Assembly (NCBI GenBank): GCA_050250895.1 | Contig: JBFWNU010000003.1 | Coordinates: 797,137-861,136, forward strand | Length of the DNA: 64,000 nucleotides | From: Vulcanimicrobiota bacterium | Lineage (GTDB): Bacteria > Vulcanimicrobiota > Xenobia > Xenobiales > JADMJV01 | Direction: 5' to 3' | Shown here: one piece after another, positions 1-8,637 of the stretch | How the letters are laid out: each line of letters begins with the position of its first letter | Position numbering within the stretch: position 1 is the stretch's first letter | Notes under the pieces: generated by a model | What the model was told of the DNA's origin: nothing | The model's input: only the letters and a program-made list of their open reading frames with translations | The model's database searches: none | Translations under genes and position numbers: made by a program

Positions 1-342
1 TTCGTGTTGTTCAATTTGGGCGAGACCCACTATCCCTATCGGTTGGATGACGCTCCTCGCCTGGCCGGCCTGCACGGAGCGGCCGGCGGCGCGCGGGCAC
101 CGGGCTTTTTTTCCAGCGAGGAGATGGAGAGAATGCGCCTGGCCCAGGTTCGGGCGGTGGAGCGAGTGGACCAGCTGTTCGGCCGGTTGCTCGATAAGGC
201 GCCGGCGCACACGCACTTCCTCGTCTGCGCCGACCATGGTGAGCTGTTTGGGGAAGACGGATATTTCGGGCACGGCCCGGTGATGCACCCCAAGGTCTTT
301 GAGGTGCCGTTCTTGGAGGGAAGATGTTCGGAAATCGGGTGA
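1..342 (+). CDS. Sulfatase/alkaline-phosphatase superfamily protein, C-terminal part (5'-truncated by the window)
   Basis: Frame is open from base 1; motif ADHGELFGEDGYFGHG...VP is typical of the sulfatase C-terminal metal-binding region. Confidence 0.8.
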   Translation, partial: FVLFNLGETHYPYRLDDAPRLAGLHGAAGGARAPGFFSSEEMERMRLAQVRAVERVDQLFGRLLDKAPAHTHFLVCADHGELFGEDGYFGHGPVMHPKVFEVPFLEGRCSEIG

Positions 343-518
343 AGTTGGATCAGGCCCTCTACGAACGGGCCTGCAAGGTGGCCGCTACGGCCGGGTTCTC
401 GAGCGTGGAAGAGTTCGTCAATCACCTGGTCGAGCGCGAATTGGATCGGTTGGGCCTGGATGAGGAATTGGCCAGCGATCAGCTCCGCGAACGGTTGCGC
501 GGGCTCGGCTATCTATAG
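324..518 (+). CDS. Small ribbon-helix-helix (CopG-like) protein with C-terminal RLRGLGYL tail
   Basis: 64 aa; VKLDQALYERACKVAATAGFSSVEEFVNHLV has an RHH pattern; GGAGG upstream; overlaps the previous gene. Confidence 0.6.
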   Translation: MFGNRVKLDQALYERACKVAATAGFSSVEEFVNHLVERELDRLGLDEELASDQLRERLRGLGYL

Positions 519-2609
519 GTATTGCAGGCTGCGCAGCTGGCGCTCGAGTTCAGCCTTGGGCAGGTTGGCGGGCGAGGCCTGGGTGCCGGGAGGCAAGAGC
601 AACTCGAGTCGGGCTCTTAGTCCCGGCCGTTCAAAGGCGAGATTGTGCTTTTGCTCGGGGTCGCTGAGCAGGTCGTAAAGTTCTAGCGGCTGCAGCCGGT
701 TCTGGGCGCTGGCGCGAGTGCGGATGAGCACGAATTGCTCCTCGCGCACGGCGTCGAGGTCGATCTGACCGAAGGCCGGGTTGAGAGCAGCCAGATCTGG
801 ACCCAGCCGCAGCGAGGCCTGACCCACTGGCGGCAAGGCCGCGCCGGTGAAGACGCGCCCTTGCATCTGCTCGGGGACCGGATGCCCGGTCCAGGCCAAC
901 ACCGTGGGGGCCACATCGATATGGGTGAAGAGGCCATCGATTCGTTGGCCCGCCATCGCCTGACCAGGCAGCTTGACGATCGCCGGCACCCGCAAGACCT
1001 CCTGATAGAGCGACTGGCCGTGCTCGGTCGAGCCATGCTCGAGAAACTCCTCGCCGTGGTCCGAGACGAGCACGATCAGGGTGTTGTCGTAGAGGCCTTT
1101 CGCCTTGAGATAGGCTAACAACTGGCCGAAAGCCAGATCATTGGCTTCGACTTCGGCCGCATACAGCGCTCGGGCTTGCTCCAGGCGAGTCGGTACGGTG
1201 GGATCGCGGTAGGAAGCGTCCCGGGCCAGGGCATGGAGTTGCTCGGAGTTGATGGCGGTCTGGCCCTCGGGAGCGTAGGGGCTGTGGGGTTCGAGGGTGT
1301 GCAGATAGAGAAAGAACTTGCCGGGCTTTTCCAGCCACTCGAAGACGGCCTCGTGCAGTTCTCGGGCCGAAGCGCCACTGCGCAGGTCAAACTGCGCAAA
1401 GCCCTGACCAAAGCCCGCCGCGGTCGAGATGAAGTCGTTGGCAACCACGGCCCGGGTGCGGTAGCCGTCCGCCTGAAACGGCTCGGGCAAGCGAGTGACC
1501 CCGGACCGCAGGGTATCGCCATAGTCCTGACAGCCGTGTTCGCGGGCCGGCAGCCCGGTCAGGATCGAAGCCACCGCCGGCTTGGTCCAGCCGGCCGCCG
1601 CCTGAGCCTGGTAAAAGAGCACCCCGTCTTTGGCCAGGGCGTCAAAGTTGGGTGTGTGGGCTTTAGAGTTGTAGCACCCCAGGGCGTCGGCCCGCAGGGT
1701 GTCGACCACATAGATGAGCACGTTGGACTCGGTTTGGGCCGGGGGCAGCACGACCGGCGGGGCCGGGGGGGGAGGGGCCTGGAAGCGCACCAGTCGGCCT
1801 CGAAAGCGAAGACCCAACTGCCCCGAGATGGGCGCTTCGGTCACGGCCGTGAGGCGCAAAGCGCCCGGCGTCAGCGTCTGGCGGTGGGGCCCGGGCCCCT
1901 CCAGGGCGGCCTCGGCCGCCCCGCTCAGGCGCAGCTGCCACCCTTCCAGCGGCGGCGCCCCTTCCTCCAGCCAGGGTCTGAGCTGCTCGAGTTCAAGACG
2001 CATCCCCCCTTCGGCCGGTATTTCCAGGCACTGGCCGAAGGGCAGCAGCACCTCGTCCTTCTCCCTGGCCAGGCTGGCAGGCGAGTTTCCCGCCACCGTC
2101 ACCGACAGTCCTCTCCAGCGCGTGCCTGGAGCAATTTTCAGGACCAACAGGTTCTCTCCCGGGCGCGTCTGCCCAGGCTCGGCAGTGGCCGTGAAGCGGG
2201 CCGGGCCCGCTCGCAGGTCGACGCCTCCTAAGGACTTTCCGTTGAGTTCGACGGTGCCCGTGCGAGGCTGGTCGCAGTCACCTTCGAGCAAGATGTTGAC
2301 TCGGGTCGGCTCGAGCAAGTAGAACCGCAGTTCGGCCGCGTCCGAGGTGGTGGACAGCCAGCGATGGCGGTCTGAATCTTCCCACCCGGCCCCAACGAAC
2401 ATCTGGGTCTCGCGGTCTCCGACCGGAGTGGTCGGACCAAACAACGGACCGGTGCCGGCCCTGTCCACCAGGGAGGCAAGATCCACCACGGTGCGGGGGC
2501 GAAGCCACCACCAACCCGCCAGGGTGAGCAGGCAAACGACCACCAAAAAGCCGATCCGACGGACCACAACGGACGATTCTGCAGGGTCGGGGTTGCCGCC
2601 TTTTCGCAT
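513..2609 (-). CDS. Membrane-anchored sulfatase-like hydrolase/transferase
   Basis: N-terminal TM helix; NVLIYVVDTLRAD, WTKPAVASILTG, PHSPY and SDHGEEF motifs; true start may be the GTG at 2567. Confidence 0.88.
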   Translation of the reverse strand: MRKGGNPDPAESSVVVRRIGFLVVVCLLTLAGWWWLRPRTVVDLASLVDRAGTGPLFGPTTPVGDRETQMFVGAGWEDSDRHRWLSTTSDAAELRFYLLEPTRVNILLEGDCDQPRTGTVELNGKSLGGVDLRAGPARFTATAEPGQTRPGENLLVLKIAPGTRWRGLSVTVAGNSPASLAREKDEVLLPFGQCLEIPAEGGMRLELEQLRPWLEEGAPPLEGWQLRLSGAAEAALEGPGPHRQTLTPGALRLTAVTEAPISGQLGLRFRGRLVRFQAPPPPAPPVVLPPAQTESNVLIYVVDTLRADALGCYNSKAHTPNFDALAKDGVLFYQAQAAAGWTKPAVASILTGLPAREHGCQDYGDTLRSGVTRLPEPFQADGYRTRAVVANDFISTAAGFGQGFAQFDLRSGASARELHEAVFEWLEKPGKFFLYLHTLEPHSPYAPEGQTAINSEQLHALARDASYRDPTVPTRLEQARALYAAEVEANDLAFGQLLAYLKAKGLYDNTLIVLVSDHGEEFLEHGSTEHGQSLYQEVLRVPAIVKLPGQAMAGQRIDGLFTHIDVAPTVLAWTGHPVPEQMQGRVFTGAALPPVGQASLRLGPDLAALNPAFGQIDLDAVREEQFVLIRTRASAQNRLQPLELYDLLSDPEQKHNLAFERPGLRARLELLLPPGTQASPANLPKAELERQLRSLQYL

Positions 2610-2647
2610 GGGGGACGGGCCTGCTTCGATGGCAAAGATCCAGCAGC

Positions 2648-3817
2648 TTGAGCGACCACTCCAAAAGCAGCGGTTTCTACTGTCCGGCCTTCGACGGATT
2701 GCGCTGTCTGCTGCTGCTTTCGATCCTCGAATTCCACTATGGCCTGGGGCGGGTGGCCCTGGAGAAAATCTGGTGGATGTCGTTTGCTTTGCCGTGCTTT
2801 TTCGTGCTCAGCGGCTATCTCATCAGCCACATCCTCTACGACTATCGCGAGCGGATGTCGCGGGGCCAGACCCTCAAGGCTTTCTACGTGCGACGCGCCC
2901 TGCGGATCCTGCCGGCCTTCTACGCCGTCTTGTTGGTGGCTCATCTGGTGGGCGGGGTTCCCTATCTGGGTTGGCAGTTGGCTTATGTCTTCAACTTCAA
3001 GCTGTTTGCCCTGAGCGACCCGTTCAACCGTCAGGCTTTCTACGAGTTCATGGGGCATGTCGACTTCAACGGGGCCCACCTGTGGTCGATGGCCGTCGAG
3101 GAGCAGTTTTATGTGCTTTATCCGCTGTTCGTCTTGCTCTTGCCCCGGCGCAGTCAGGGCTGGTTGTTGGCGCTCGGCATCGCCGTCTCGGCGGCCTTGC
3201 GACTCTATCTCCTCGACCAGCATCCCCACACCTGCTACGGTGTGCTCACGCCCGTAGCCGGTGAATTCATCCTGTGGGGTTGCCTGGTGGCCTGGCTCGA
3301 ATCGCGAGATTTGCTCAAAGGGTGGAACGGAACAACCTGCTTCTACGCCGGCCTCGCTTTTTTCGCTCTGCTGGTGGTGACTCAGGGCGATGTCGAGAAC
3401 TTTCTGTTCGCCCAGTGGAAGCCCCCCGCCAATATGACCTTCTTCGGGTTGGCTCTGGCCCTGGTGGTCTTCGGTCTGCGCCACAGTCCCGACCAATGGT
3501 ACTCTCGGCTGCTGATGCAGCGGCCCCTGCGAGCGGTGGGCAAGATCGCTTATGGCGCTTATCTCTTGCATCCCTTCCTCAACCCGATGGTGGACGCGGT
3601 GCTGGTCCTGCTTCCGTGGCTGGCCATGATTCCCGGCATGCCACGGGCTCTACTGGGCCCGGTCTTCGCCATCGGGGCGGCCGCCCTGATGTGGGTGAGC
3701 TTCGAGGGGCCTCTCAACCGTCTGCGCGACCGGGTGAGCCCGCTGCCTCAGAACAGAGCCAGCGAGGCCGAGGCGAACTCTGGGAACAGGTCGGGCGAGC
3801 CGACGCTGCCGCAGTAG
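2648..3817 (+). CDS. Acyltransferase family 3 (OafA/YrhL-like O-acyltransferase)
   Basis: DGLR, FFVLSGYLI, FYVRRALRILP, HLWSMAVEEQFY and AYGAYLLH motifs; about 10 TM helices. Confidence 0.92.
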   Translation: MSDHSKSSGFYCPAFDGLRCLLLLSILEFHYGLGRVALEKIWWMSFALPCFFVLSGYLISHILYDYRERMSRGQTLKAFYVRRALRILPAFYAVLLVAHLVGGVPYLGWQLAYVFNFKLFALSDPFNRQAFYEFMGHVDFNGAHLWSMAVEEQFYVLYPLFVLLLPRRSQGWLLALGIAVSAALRLYLLDQHPHTCYGVLTPVAGEFILWGCLVAWLESRDLLKGWNGTTCFYAGLAFFALLVVTQGDVENFLFAQWKPPANMTFFGLALALVVFGLRHSPDQWYSRLLMQRPLRAVGKIAYGAYLLHPFLNPMVDAVLVLLPWLAMIPGMPRALLGPVFAIGAAALMWVSFEGPLNRLRDRVSPLPQNRASEAEANSGNRSGEPTLPQ

Positions 3818-4920
3818 TGGCTCAAGAGTTCGCGATAGTCGGTGGTCACCGGCAGGTCCATTCCGTCGACCAGTGCTTCGGCCGCTAGCCCCGGCCAGCG
3901 TCCATGGACCCGTCCGCCTCGCAGCTTGGCCCCCATCACCAGGCTGCACGAGGCCAAGCCGTGGTCGGTGCCGAGACTGCCGTTCTCGGCCAGGCGCCGG
4001 CCAAATTCGGTGACGGTCATGACCGTCACCCGCGCTTGCAGCGGGCCCAGGTCCCGCCAGAAGGCATCCAGGCTACCGGCCAGGTCGTAGAGCAACCGAT
4101 TGAGCCCGATCAGATGACCAGGCCACTCGGCCAGAATCTGGCGTGAGTGGCTATCGAATCCCCCGAACTCGCAGTGGACGGCTCCCAACTCGACACCCTG
4201 CTTGAGTAAGAAGGCTACCACCTTGAGCTGCTCGGCCAGTTCGTTGTCGGGATAGTCCCGGGCGGGCCGATAGGAGCGCGGATTCAGTCCGGCCAGAATC
4301 TCTCGCAGCCGAGCCTGCTGGCGCGACAGACGGGCCACCGGATCGCTACCCTCCAGGGCCGGCGCCGTCCAGGGCTCAAGATCGTCTAGCTTGCGGGCCG
4401 AGAGCACCGGCCCCGGCCCCTGCAACAGGGTGGGCACGTGGGCCGCCGTCGACAGGGCCCACTGATGCTCTTGCAGATGGCGGTTGAGCCATCCCGGCGG
4501 CTGCCTTTCACCCCCGAGTTCGAGATAATCCTGGGCGATAAAGTGCGAACGCGACCTGTCGCTCGTGCCCACCGCGCACACCGGCGCCAGGGTTCCCTCG
4601 CGATAGTGGGGCAGCAGCGCCCGCAGGGCCGGATTGAAGGCAAACTGCTCATCCAGACGCAGAGGCTTGAACTCGCCGTCGGGCCGGGGCAGGGCCAGCC
4701 GCGGACGCAGCCGGTAATACTCGTTCTCTTGATACGGCACCAGCGCGTGCATGCCGTCCAGGCCCCCCCGTAAAAAGACCACCACCAACACCTCGCCCTG
4801 GGATTGATGGGCGGCTACCGAAGTCGGCGCCGAGCGGGGGTCGGCGCTGGCCCAGAAGCCTCCGCTCGAGAGGCCAAACAGGCTCAGGGCACCGATCTTG
4901 AGCACCTCGCGGCGACGCAT
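3748..4920 (-). CDS. DUF1501 domain protein with Tat-type signal
   Basis: Start MRRREVLK at 4920 is coupled (TGATG) to the upstream gene; LVVVFLRGGLDG, RSHF, GFDSH, TEFGR and GTDHG motifs. Confidence 0.9.
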   Translation of the reverse strand: MRRREVLKIGALSLFGLSSGGFWASADPRSAPTSVAAHQSQGEVLVVVFLRGGLDGMHALVPYQENEYYRLRPRLALPRPDGEFKPLRLDEQFAFNPALRALLPHYREGTLAPVCAVGTSDRSRSHFIAQDYLELGGERQPPGWLNRHLQEHQWALSTAAHVPTLLQGPGPVLSARKLDDLEPWTAPALEGSDPVARLSRQQARLREILAGLNPRSYRPARDYPDNELAEQLKVVAFLLKQGVELGAVHCEFGGFDSHSRQILAEWPGHLIGLNRLLYDLAGSLDAFWRDLGPLQARVTVMTVTEFGRRLAENGSLGTDHGLASCSLVMGAKLRGGRVHGRWPGLAAEALVDGMDLPVTTDYRELLSHYCGSVGSPDLFPEFASASLALF

Positions 4921-6278
4921 CAAGGCGCCTGAAAGTCCGGGCTGCTCAAGGCCAGGTCCAGCAACCGCCCGGGCTTGCCTCGGGCCGCCTCGAGGGCGGC
5001 CATCGTGTCGGCGGTTGCCTGACCCAACAGGTAGCGTTGCAAAGCTTGTTCGGGAGTGGCCGCCGGCGTCGCGAGGCTGGCAATGACCTGTCGGCGAGCC
5101 TTGAGCCCGACCGTCGACAACCAGGTCGAGGCGCGGTCGGGCCACCCCCCGGGATTGGGGCAATAGTAGGGCGAACCCATCTCTTCAATGGCAGCCACGG
5201 CCGCCTCGGGCACCGGCTCGGTGCCGCTGGCCGCCAGGGCCGAGCAGACGAACTGGGTCGGCGTGGCCAGCTTGGCGCCGCCCTCGCGAAATTCGGGCGA
5301 GTCGAGGATGACGCCCATCACCTCGGCGATCTCGCCCCCGCTGGCTAGATAGGTTTGGGCCGCCCGTTCGACCAGGGCCGGCGGCGGGGTGTCGCTCACG
5401 AACCGGGTGACCAGTTTTTGACTGAGGAAGTGGGCTGTGGCCGGGTGGACCGCCAACATGGCGAGGGCCGCCTGTCCATCCTCCAGCGACTGGCCCAGAA
5501 TGACCTGTGGCCCGGGGGCGTGATAGTCGGGATAGTACCGAAACTGCAGATAGTCGGGTTGACCGGGGTCGTTCTGGTAGGACCAGCCCGAGAAGAGGCG
5601 GGCACAGGCGACCACTTCAGCCTGGCTGTAGACGGGCCCGCAGGTGTAGAGTTCGAGCAGTTCGCGACCGAAGTTCTCGTTGACCGCCTGCCCGGGCGAA
5701 ACCGTGTTGTCGAGGTTCTCGAGCACGGCCGGATTGGTCACCGCCACGCGTAACAGGTCGCCGAACTTGCCCAGGGCGTGGCGGCGCAGGTCGTCTTCAA
5801 GCCGGCCGAAGTTGCAGGCCACCACTTCGTTTTTGCGCGGGTCGGCGTTGAAGTGGTTGAACCAGAACTCGGTCATCACCTCGCGCAACTGCCATTTGCT
5901 GGTCAGCCCGCGCACTAGCCGCGCGCGTTGGCGCTCGCGCACCAGCACCTGGGTGGCCTGGGGGTGGTCCACCAGGGCTCGGTAGATCTCGGCCGGGGGA
6001 AGCTCGAGATAAGGCAGGCTCTTGAGTTGGACTTGCACCGGCGGTTCGGGCCGCCGGTCGGGATGCAACTGTTCGGCCAGATAGGCATCGAGGCCCTGGT
6101 GACGAGCCGCCTGGAGATCCGCCTCGGTGGTGGCCATGCGAGTGCGACGCAGGGCTCGAACGGTCTGGTCCTCGTCGGCCCCGGCCCCGGTCAGGCAGAC
6201 GAGTGCCAGCGCCAGACTCAGGAGCCGGCGCGTTCGACGCCGTTGACCGAATGAATACGGACGCTCTTGACGGCCCAT
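4920..6278 (-). CDS. DUF1800 domain protein
   Basis: QLREVMTEFWFNHFN, LDN, NENFGRELLELYT and HPATA motifs; canonical partner of DUF1501; start uncertain (about 6220-6278). Confidence 0.88.
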   Translation of the reverse strand: MGRQERPYSFGQRRRTRRLLSLALALVCLTGAGADEDQTVRALRRTRMATTEADLQAARHQGLDAYLAEQLHPDRRPEPPVQVQLKSLPYLELPPAEIYRALVDHPQATQVLVRERQRARLVRGLTSKWQLREVMTEFWFNHFNADPRKNEVVACNFGRLEDDLRRHALGKFGDLLRVAVTNPAVLENLDNTVSPGQAVNENFGRELLELYTCGPVYSQAEVVACARLFSGWSYQNDPGQPDYLQFRYYPDYHAPGPQVILGQSLEDGQAALAMLAVHPATAHFLSQKLVTRFVSDTPPPALVERAAQTYLASGGEIAEVMGVILDSPEFREGGAKLATPTQFVCSALAASGTEPVPEAAVAAIEEMGSPYYCPNPGGWPDRASTWLSTVGLKARRQVIASLATPAATPEQALQRYLLGQATADTMAALEAARGKPGRLLDLALSSPDFQAP

Positions 6279-6682
6279 TTGTCCCCATTGCCGGCCATGT
6301 CGAAATCGAGCACCACCGGCACGTTGGTGGTGTCTTCGCCCAGGGTACCTTCGAAGGGGACCAGGGCGTGATAGCGGCTGGCGTCGACCTTGTTCAACAC
6401 CGGCGAGGCCGTCATCTTGAGATGCCACTCGCGGTCTTCAGACTCGGGGTCGGCGATGGGAAAGAGCCCCTCCACCGAGCGAAACTGAACGTAATACGAC
6501 AAAGACGTCAGGATCTTTTCCTGTTCGGGCGGAGCCTTTGGCTGGGCCGGCGGAGGAGTGTAGGTGCGCTTGGGAGTGCTCTTGAAGGCGGGTGCGCTGC
6601 TACCGCCACCCCCGCCGCCCCAGGCCAGCACCAGCTGGGGAAGGAGCAGGAGGGTAAACACCAGGGCCAGACTTTTCCTCAT
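6218..6682 (-). CDS. Exported hypothetical protein
   Basis: Sec signal MRKSLALVFTLLLLPQLVLA, then a Gly/Pro linker and a globular domain. Confidence 0.7.
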   Translation of the reverse strand: MRKSLALVFTLLLLPQLVLAWGGGGGGSSAPAFKSTPKRTYTPPPAQPKAPPEQEKILTSLSYYVQFRSVEGLFPIADPESEDREWHLKMTASPVLNKVDASRYHALVPFEGTLGEDTTNVPVVLDFDMAGNGDKWAVKSVRIHSVNGVERAGS

Positions 6683-6715
6683 CAGCCCTACTTTCGCCCA
6701 CACGAGCGAATACCT

Positions 6716-7156
6716 TTAAGCGAGGTTGTGTTTGACGGCGACTTCGATGAGACCGCGGAAGGCTCCGCAGCCGGCCATTCCACCAACCACGGCGGCTCCT
6801 ACGGGAGCTCCACCGGTAGCGGCGACCGAGCCGATCAAGGACCCGGTGGCAGCCAGGCTGGCTCCCGCGATGGCTCTCTCGACGAGAGTGCCGGGGATGT
6901 CGCTTTTGGCGCCCATGTAGGCGCCCACCACACCCGAGCCGGCCGCGGCTACCAGCGATCCGCCCGGTCCGAAGTAGTTGGCCACCGCTCCAGCGGCAGA
7001 AAAGCCACCTACGGTCAAAATGTTGCGACCGACGATGCCGAGATCTTCGACGGCAGTCTTGGTCCAGGAATCCCCGGCCGGTTGCTGGCTGGGAGCCTGC
7101 TGAGCCGCGGCGCGATAGGGGGTAGGGGTTTGACGGGGGACAGAAGAGATGTGCAT
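6716..7156 (-). CDS. Hypothetical Gly/Ala-rich membrane protein
   Basis: 146 aa; Pro/Gln-rich N-terminus followed by glycine-zipper-like hydrophobic segments; GAAAGG upstream. Confidence 0.7.
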   Translation of the reverse strand: MHISSVPRQTPTPYRAAAQQAPSQQPAGDSWTKTAVEDLGIVGRNILTVGGFSAAGAVANYFGPGGSLVAAAGSGVVGAYMGAKSDIPGTLVERAIAGASLAATGSLIGSVAATGGAPVGAAVVGGMAGCGAFRGLIEVAVKHNLA

Positions 7157-7191
7157 AACGAACCTTTCGTGCGTATTCTCTTCCGCGTGCC

Positions 7192-7219
7192 TTTTCAGGC
7201 TAGTGTAAGGGCCTGAAAA
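7192..7219. promoter_or_regulatory. Intergenic inverted repeat TTTTCAGGC-N10-GCCTGAAAA
   Basis: Perfect 9-bp arms between two minus-strand genes; no U-tract after the stem on either strand, so an operator or stabilising hairpin is more likely than a terminator. Confidence 0.35.
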
Positions 7220-7238
7220 AAACCTGAATTACCCTGAG

Positions 7239-8099
7239 TTAAAGCAGAAAGTGCACGGCTGCCGCCGCCGCTGCCCCCAGCCCGATGCCGGCCACGGCTG
7301 CTCCCACTCCGGCCCAGACCGGACTGGTCTTGGCGGTGTGCTGCAGGGTCGGATAGGTGTAGTCACCGACCTTGCGCCAGCTGATGTTGGGATAGAAGTC
7401 GTGGTCGTAACCGCGCAGGGTCGACCAGGTCTCGCACACCTGGCGATCGTTGCCATTGGAGTCGTGCTCGGTATGGCAGCGGCTCTCGTGCCAGACATCG
7501 GGATCGATGTCTTCGGTGTAGCCGGTCATGGTGGGATGCGAGATGTCGTCTTGCATCCAGACTTCTTCGATCTTATCGTCATCGACAGCCTTGTAGCCGA
7601 TGAATCCCCCCGCCGCCGCACCCAGCAGGCCGCCGGCCACCCCGGCAATCGCTCCACCGGTGCCCGTCAGCGGCGCCATGGCCGCCAGAATGCCCACGCC
7701 GGCGCCAGCGCCGGCGGCCAATCCCAGGCCCAGGCTGGTAAAGAAACTCTTCTTCTGGTCGTAGGTCTTTTCGGTCAGGGTCTGGGTGACCGACTCCTTG
7801 CGAGGATTGTTGCTGTTGTCATAGACCGGCACATCGCGATAGACGCCCACCGGTCCCATCTCGCACGAGCCGCCGCCGCAACTGTAGTGGCGGCTGGAGC
7901 CGGTCCACCATCCCCAACCCGGCACGGGATAACTCCAGGCGTGCTCGTAATAGTCTTGCGGGATGCTGCCCAATCGCTCTCTCGACAAGACGGGCTGGTC
8001 CCAGGTGCGAGTAATCGTCTTCTCTTCGCGAGGGTCGAACGGCAGGAGCTTTCGGCTCACCGGCCGAGGATTGCTGGGGGCTTCGGATGTGATGCGCAA
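7239..8099 (-). CDS. Hypothetical membrane protein with Cys-containing loops
   Basis: Likely TTG start at 8099 (MRITSEAPSN) after GAGAGGA; glycine-zipper TM hairpin plus a C-terminal TM helix. Confidence 0.7.
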   Translation of the reverse strand: MRITSEAPSNPRPVSRKLLPFDPREEKTITRTWDQPVLSRERLGSIPQDYYEHAWSYPVPGWGWWTGSSRHYSCGGGSCEMGPVGVYRDVPVYDNSNNPRKESVTQTLTEKTYDQKKSFFTSLGLGLAAGAGAGVGILAAMAPLTGTGGAIAGVAGGLLGAAAGGFIGYKAVDDDKIEEVWMQDDISHPTMTGYTEDIDPDVWHESRCHTEHDSNGNDRQVCETWSTLRGYDHDFYPNISWRKVGDYTYPTLQHTAKTSPVWAGVGAAVAGIGLGAAAAAAVHFLL

Positions 8100-8194
8100 G
8101 GGGGGGTCCTCTCTCTGGCGTGGACCCTGGCATCCTAACATCGCAAAGCTCGCAGGATTTTTCCGAAATGTAAAGGGCTCGCCTTCGCGGCGCC

Positions 8195-8309
8195 AAGGAG
8201 CCGAGCTGCGCTCGGAGATGGTAGTGGAGCTAGCTCCAAGAAGGGAGCCCTGACTTCGCTTGCGCTCGTCAGGGAGATGGGAGCGAGGTTCGCAGGCTCA
8301 CCTCGAGAT
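8195..8309 (+). repeat. Hairpin array copy 1: four different stem-loops joined by AGANGGKAG linkers
   Basis: aaggag CCGAGC-tgc-GCTCGG agatggtag TGGAGC-ta-GCTCCA agaagggag CCCTGAC-N13-GTCAGGG agatgggag CGAGGT-N10-ACCTCG agat. Confidence 0.8.
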
Positions 8310-8342
8310 TTTGACGCTTCGCGTCGCCGGGCTTGGCCGGGG

Positions 8343-8424
8343 GTGTGCGCCGTACACTCGCTCCAACACAGTGTACGGCGTACACGTGCGCCGTACACCG
8401 AAGAAGCCACTCTGTACGGCGCAC
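8343..8424. repeat. Two tandem REP-doublet-like inverted pairs of GTGCGCCGTACA
   Basis: 8343-8357 pairs with 8371-8385 (one mismatch); 8386-8397 pairs with 8413-8424. Confidence 0.75.
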
Positions 8425-8637
8425 AATCCAAGTCTCCGGGCCGACGCCGCCGCCCGCCGGTTCGCGGACTCGCCAAGAGATGTGTCGGGGCAGTCGGGTG
8501 TGGCCGGGTCGCTTGGCCGGGCGGCCAAGCCGGGGGGACGCTACGGAAGCTAGGCGGAATGTCTAGAGAACTGGGGTGAGACGGCGAGTCCATGATGTGT
8601 CGGCTCAGATACATCCGTTTCAACGGAACTGTTTGAG

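Noticed and set aside
2228-3571. Long antisense ORFs (also 14335-15702, 32578-33795, 46403-47569, 50952-52136)
   Set aside because: They are antisense shadows of well-supported genes, as expected in high-GC DNA
8133-8175. TTACAT-N30-TAnnnT motif shared with 19236-19277
   Set aside because: Only two instances share the spacing, other TTACA sites (about 7204, 12466) do not fit, and it is not palindromic
8135-8623. Several overlapping 76-162 aa ORFs
   Set aside because: They have Arg/Pro-rich random composition and run across palindromic repeats; the region is better explained as non-coding
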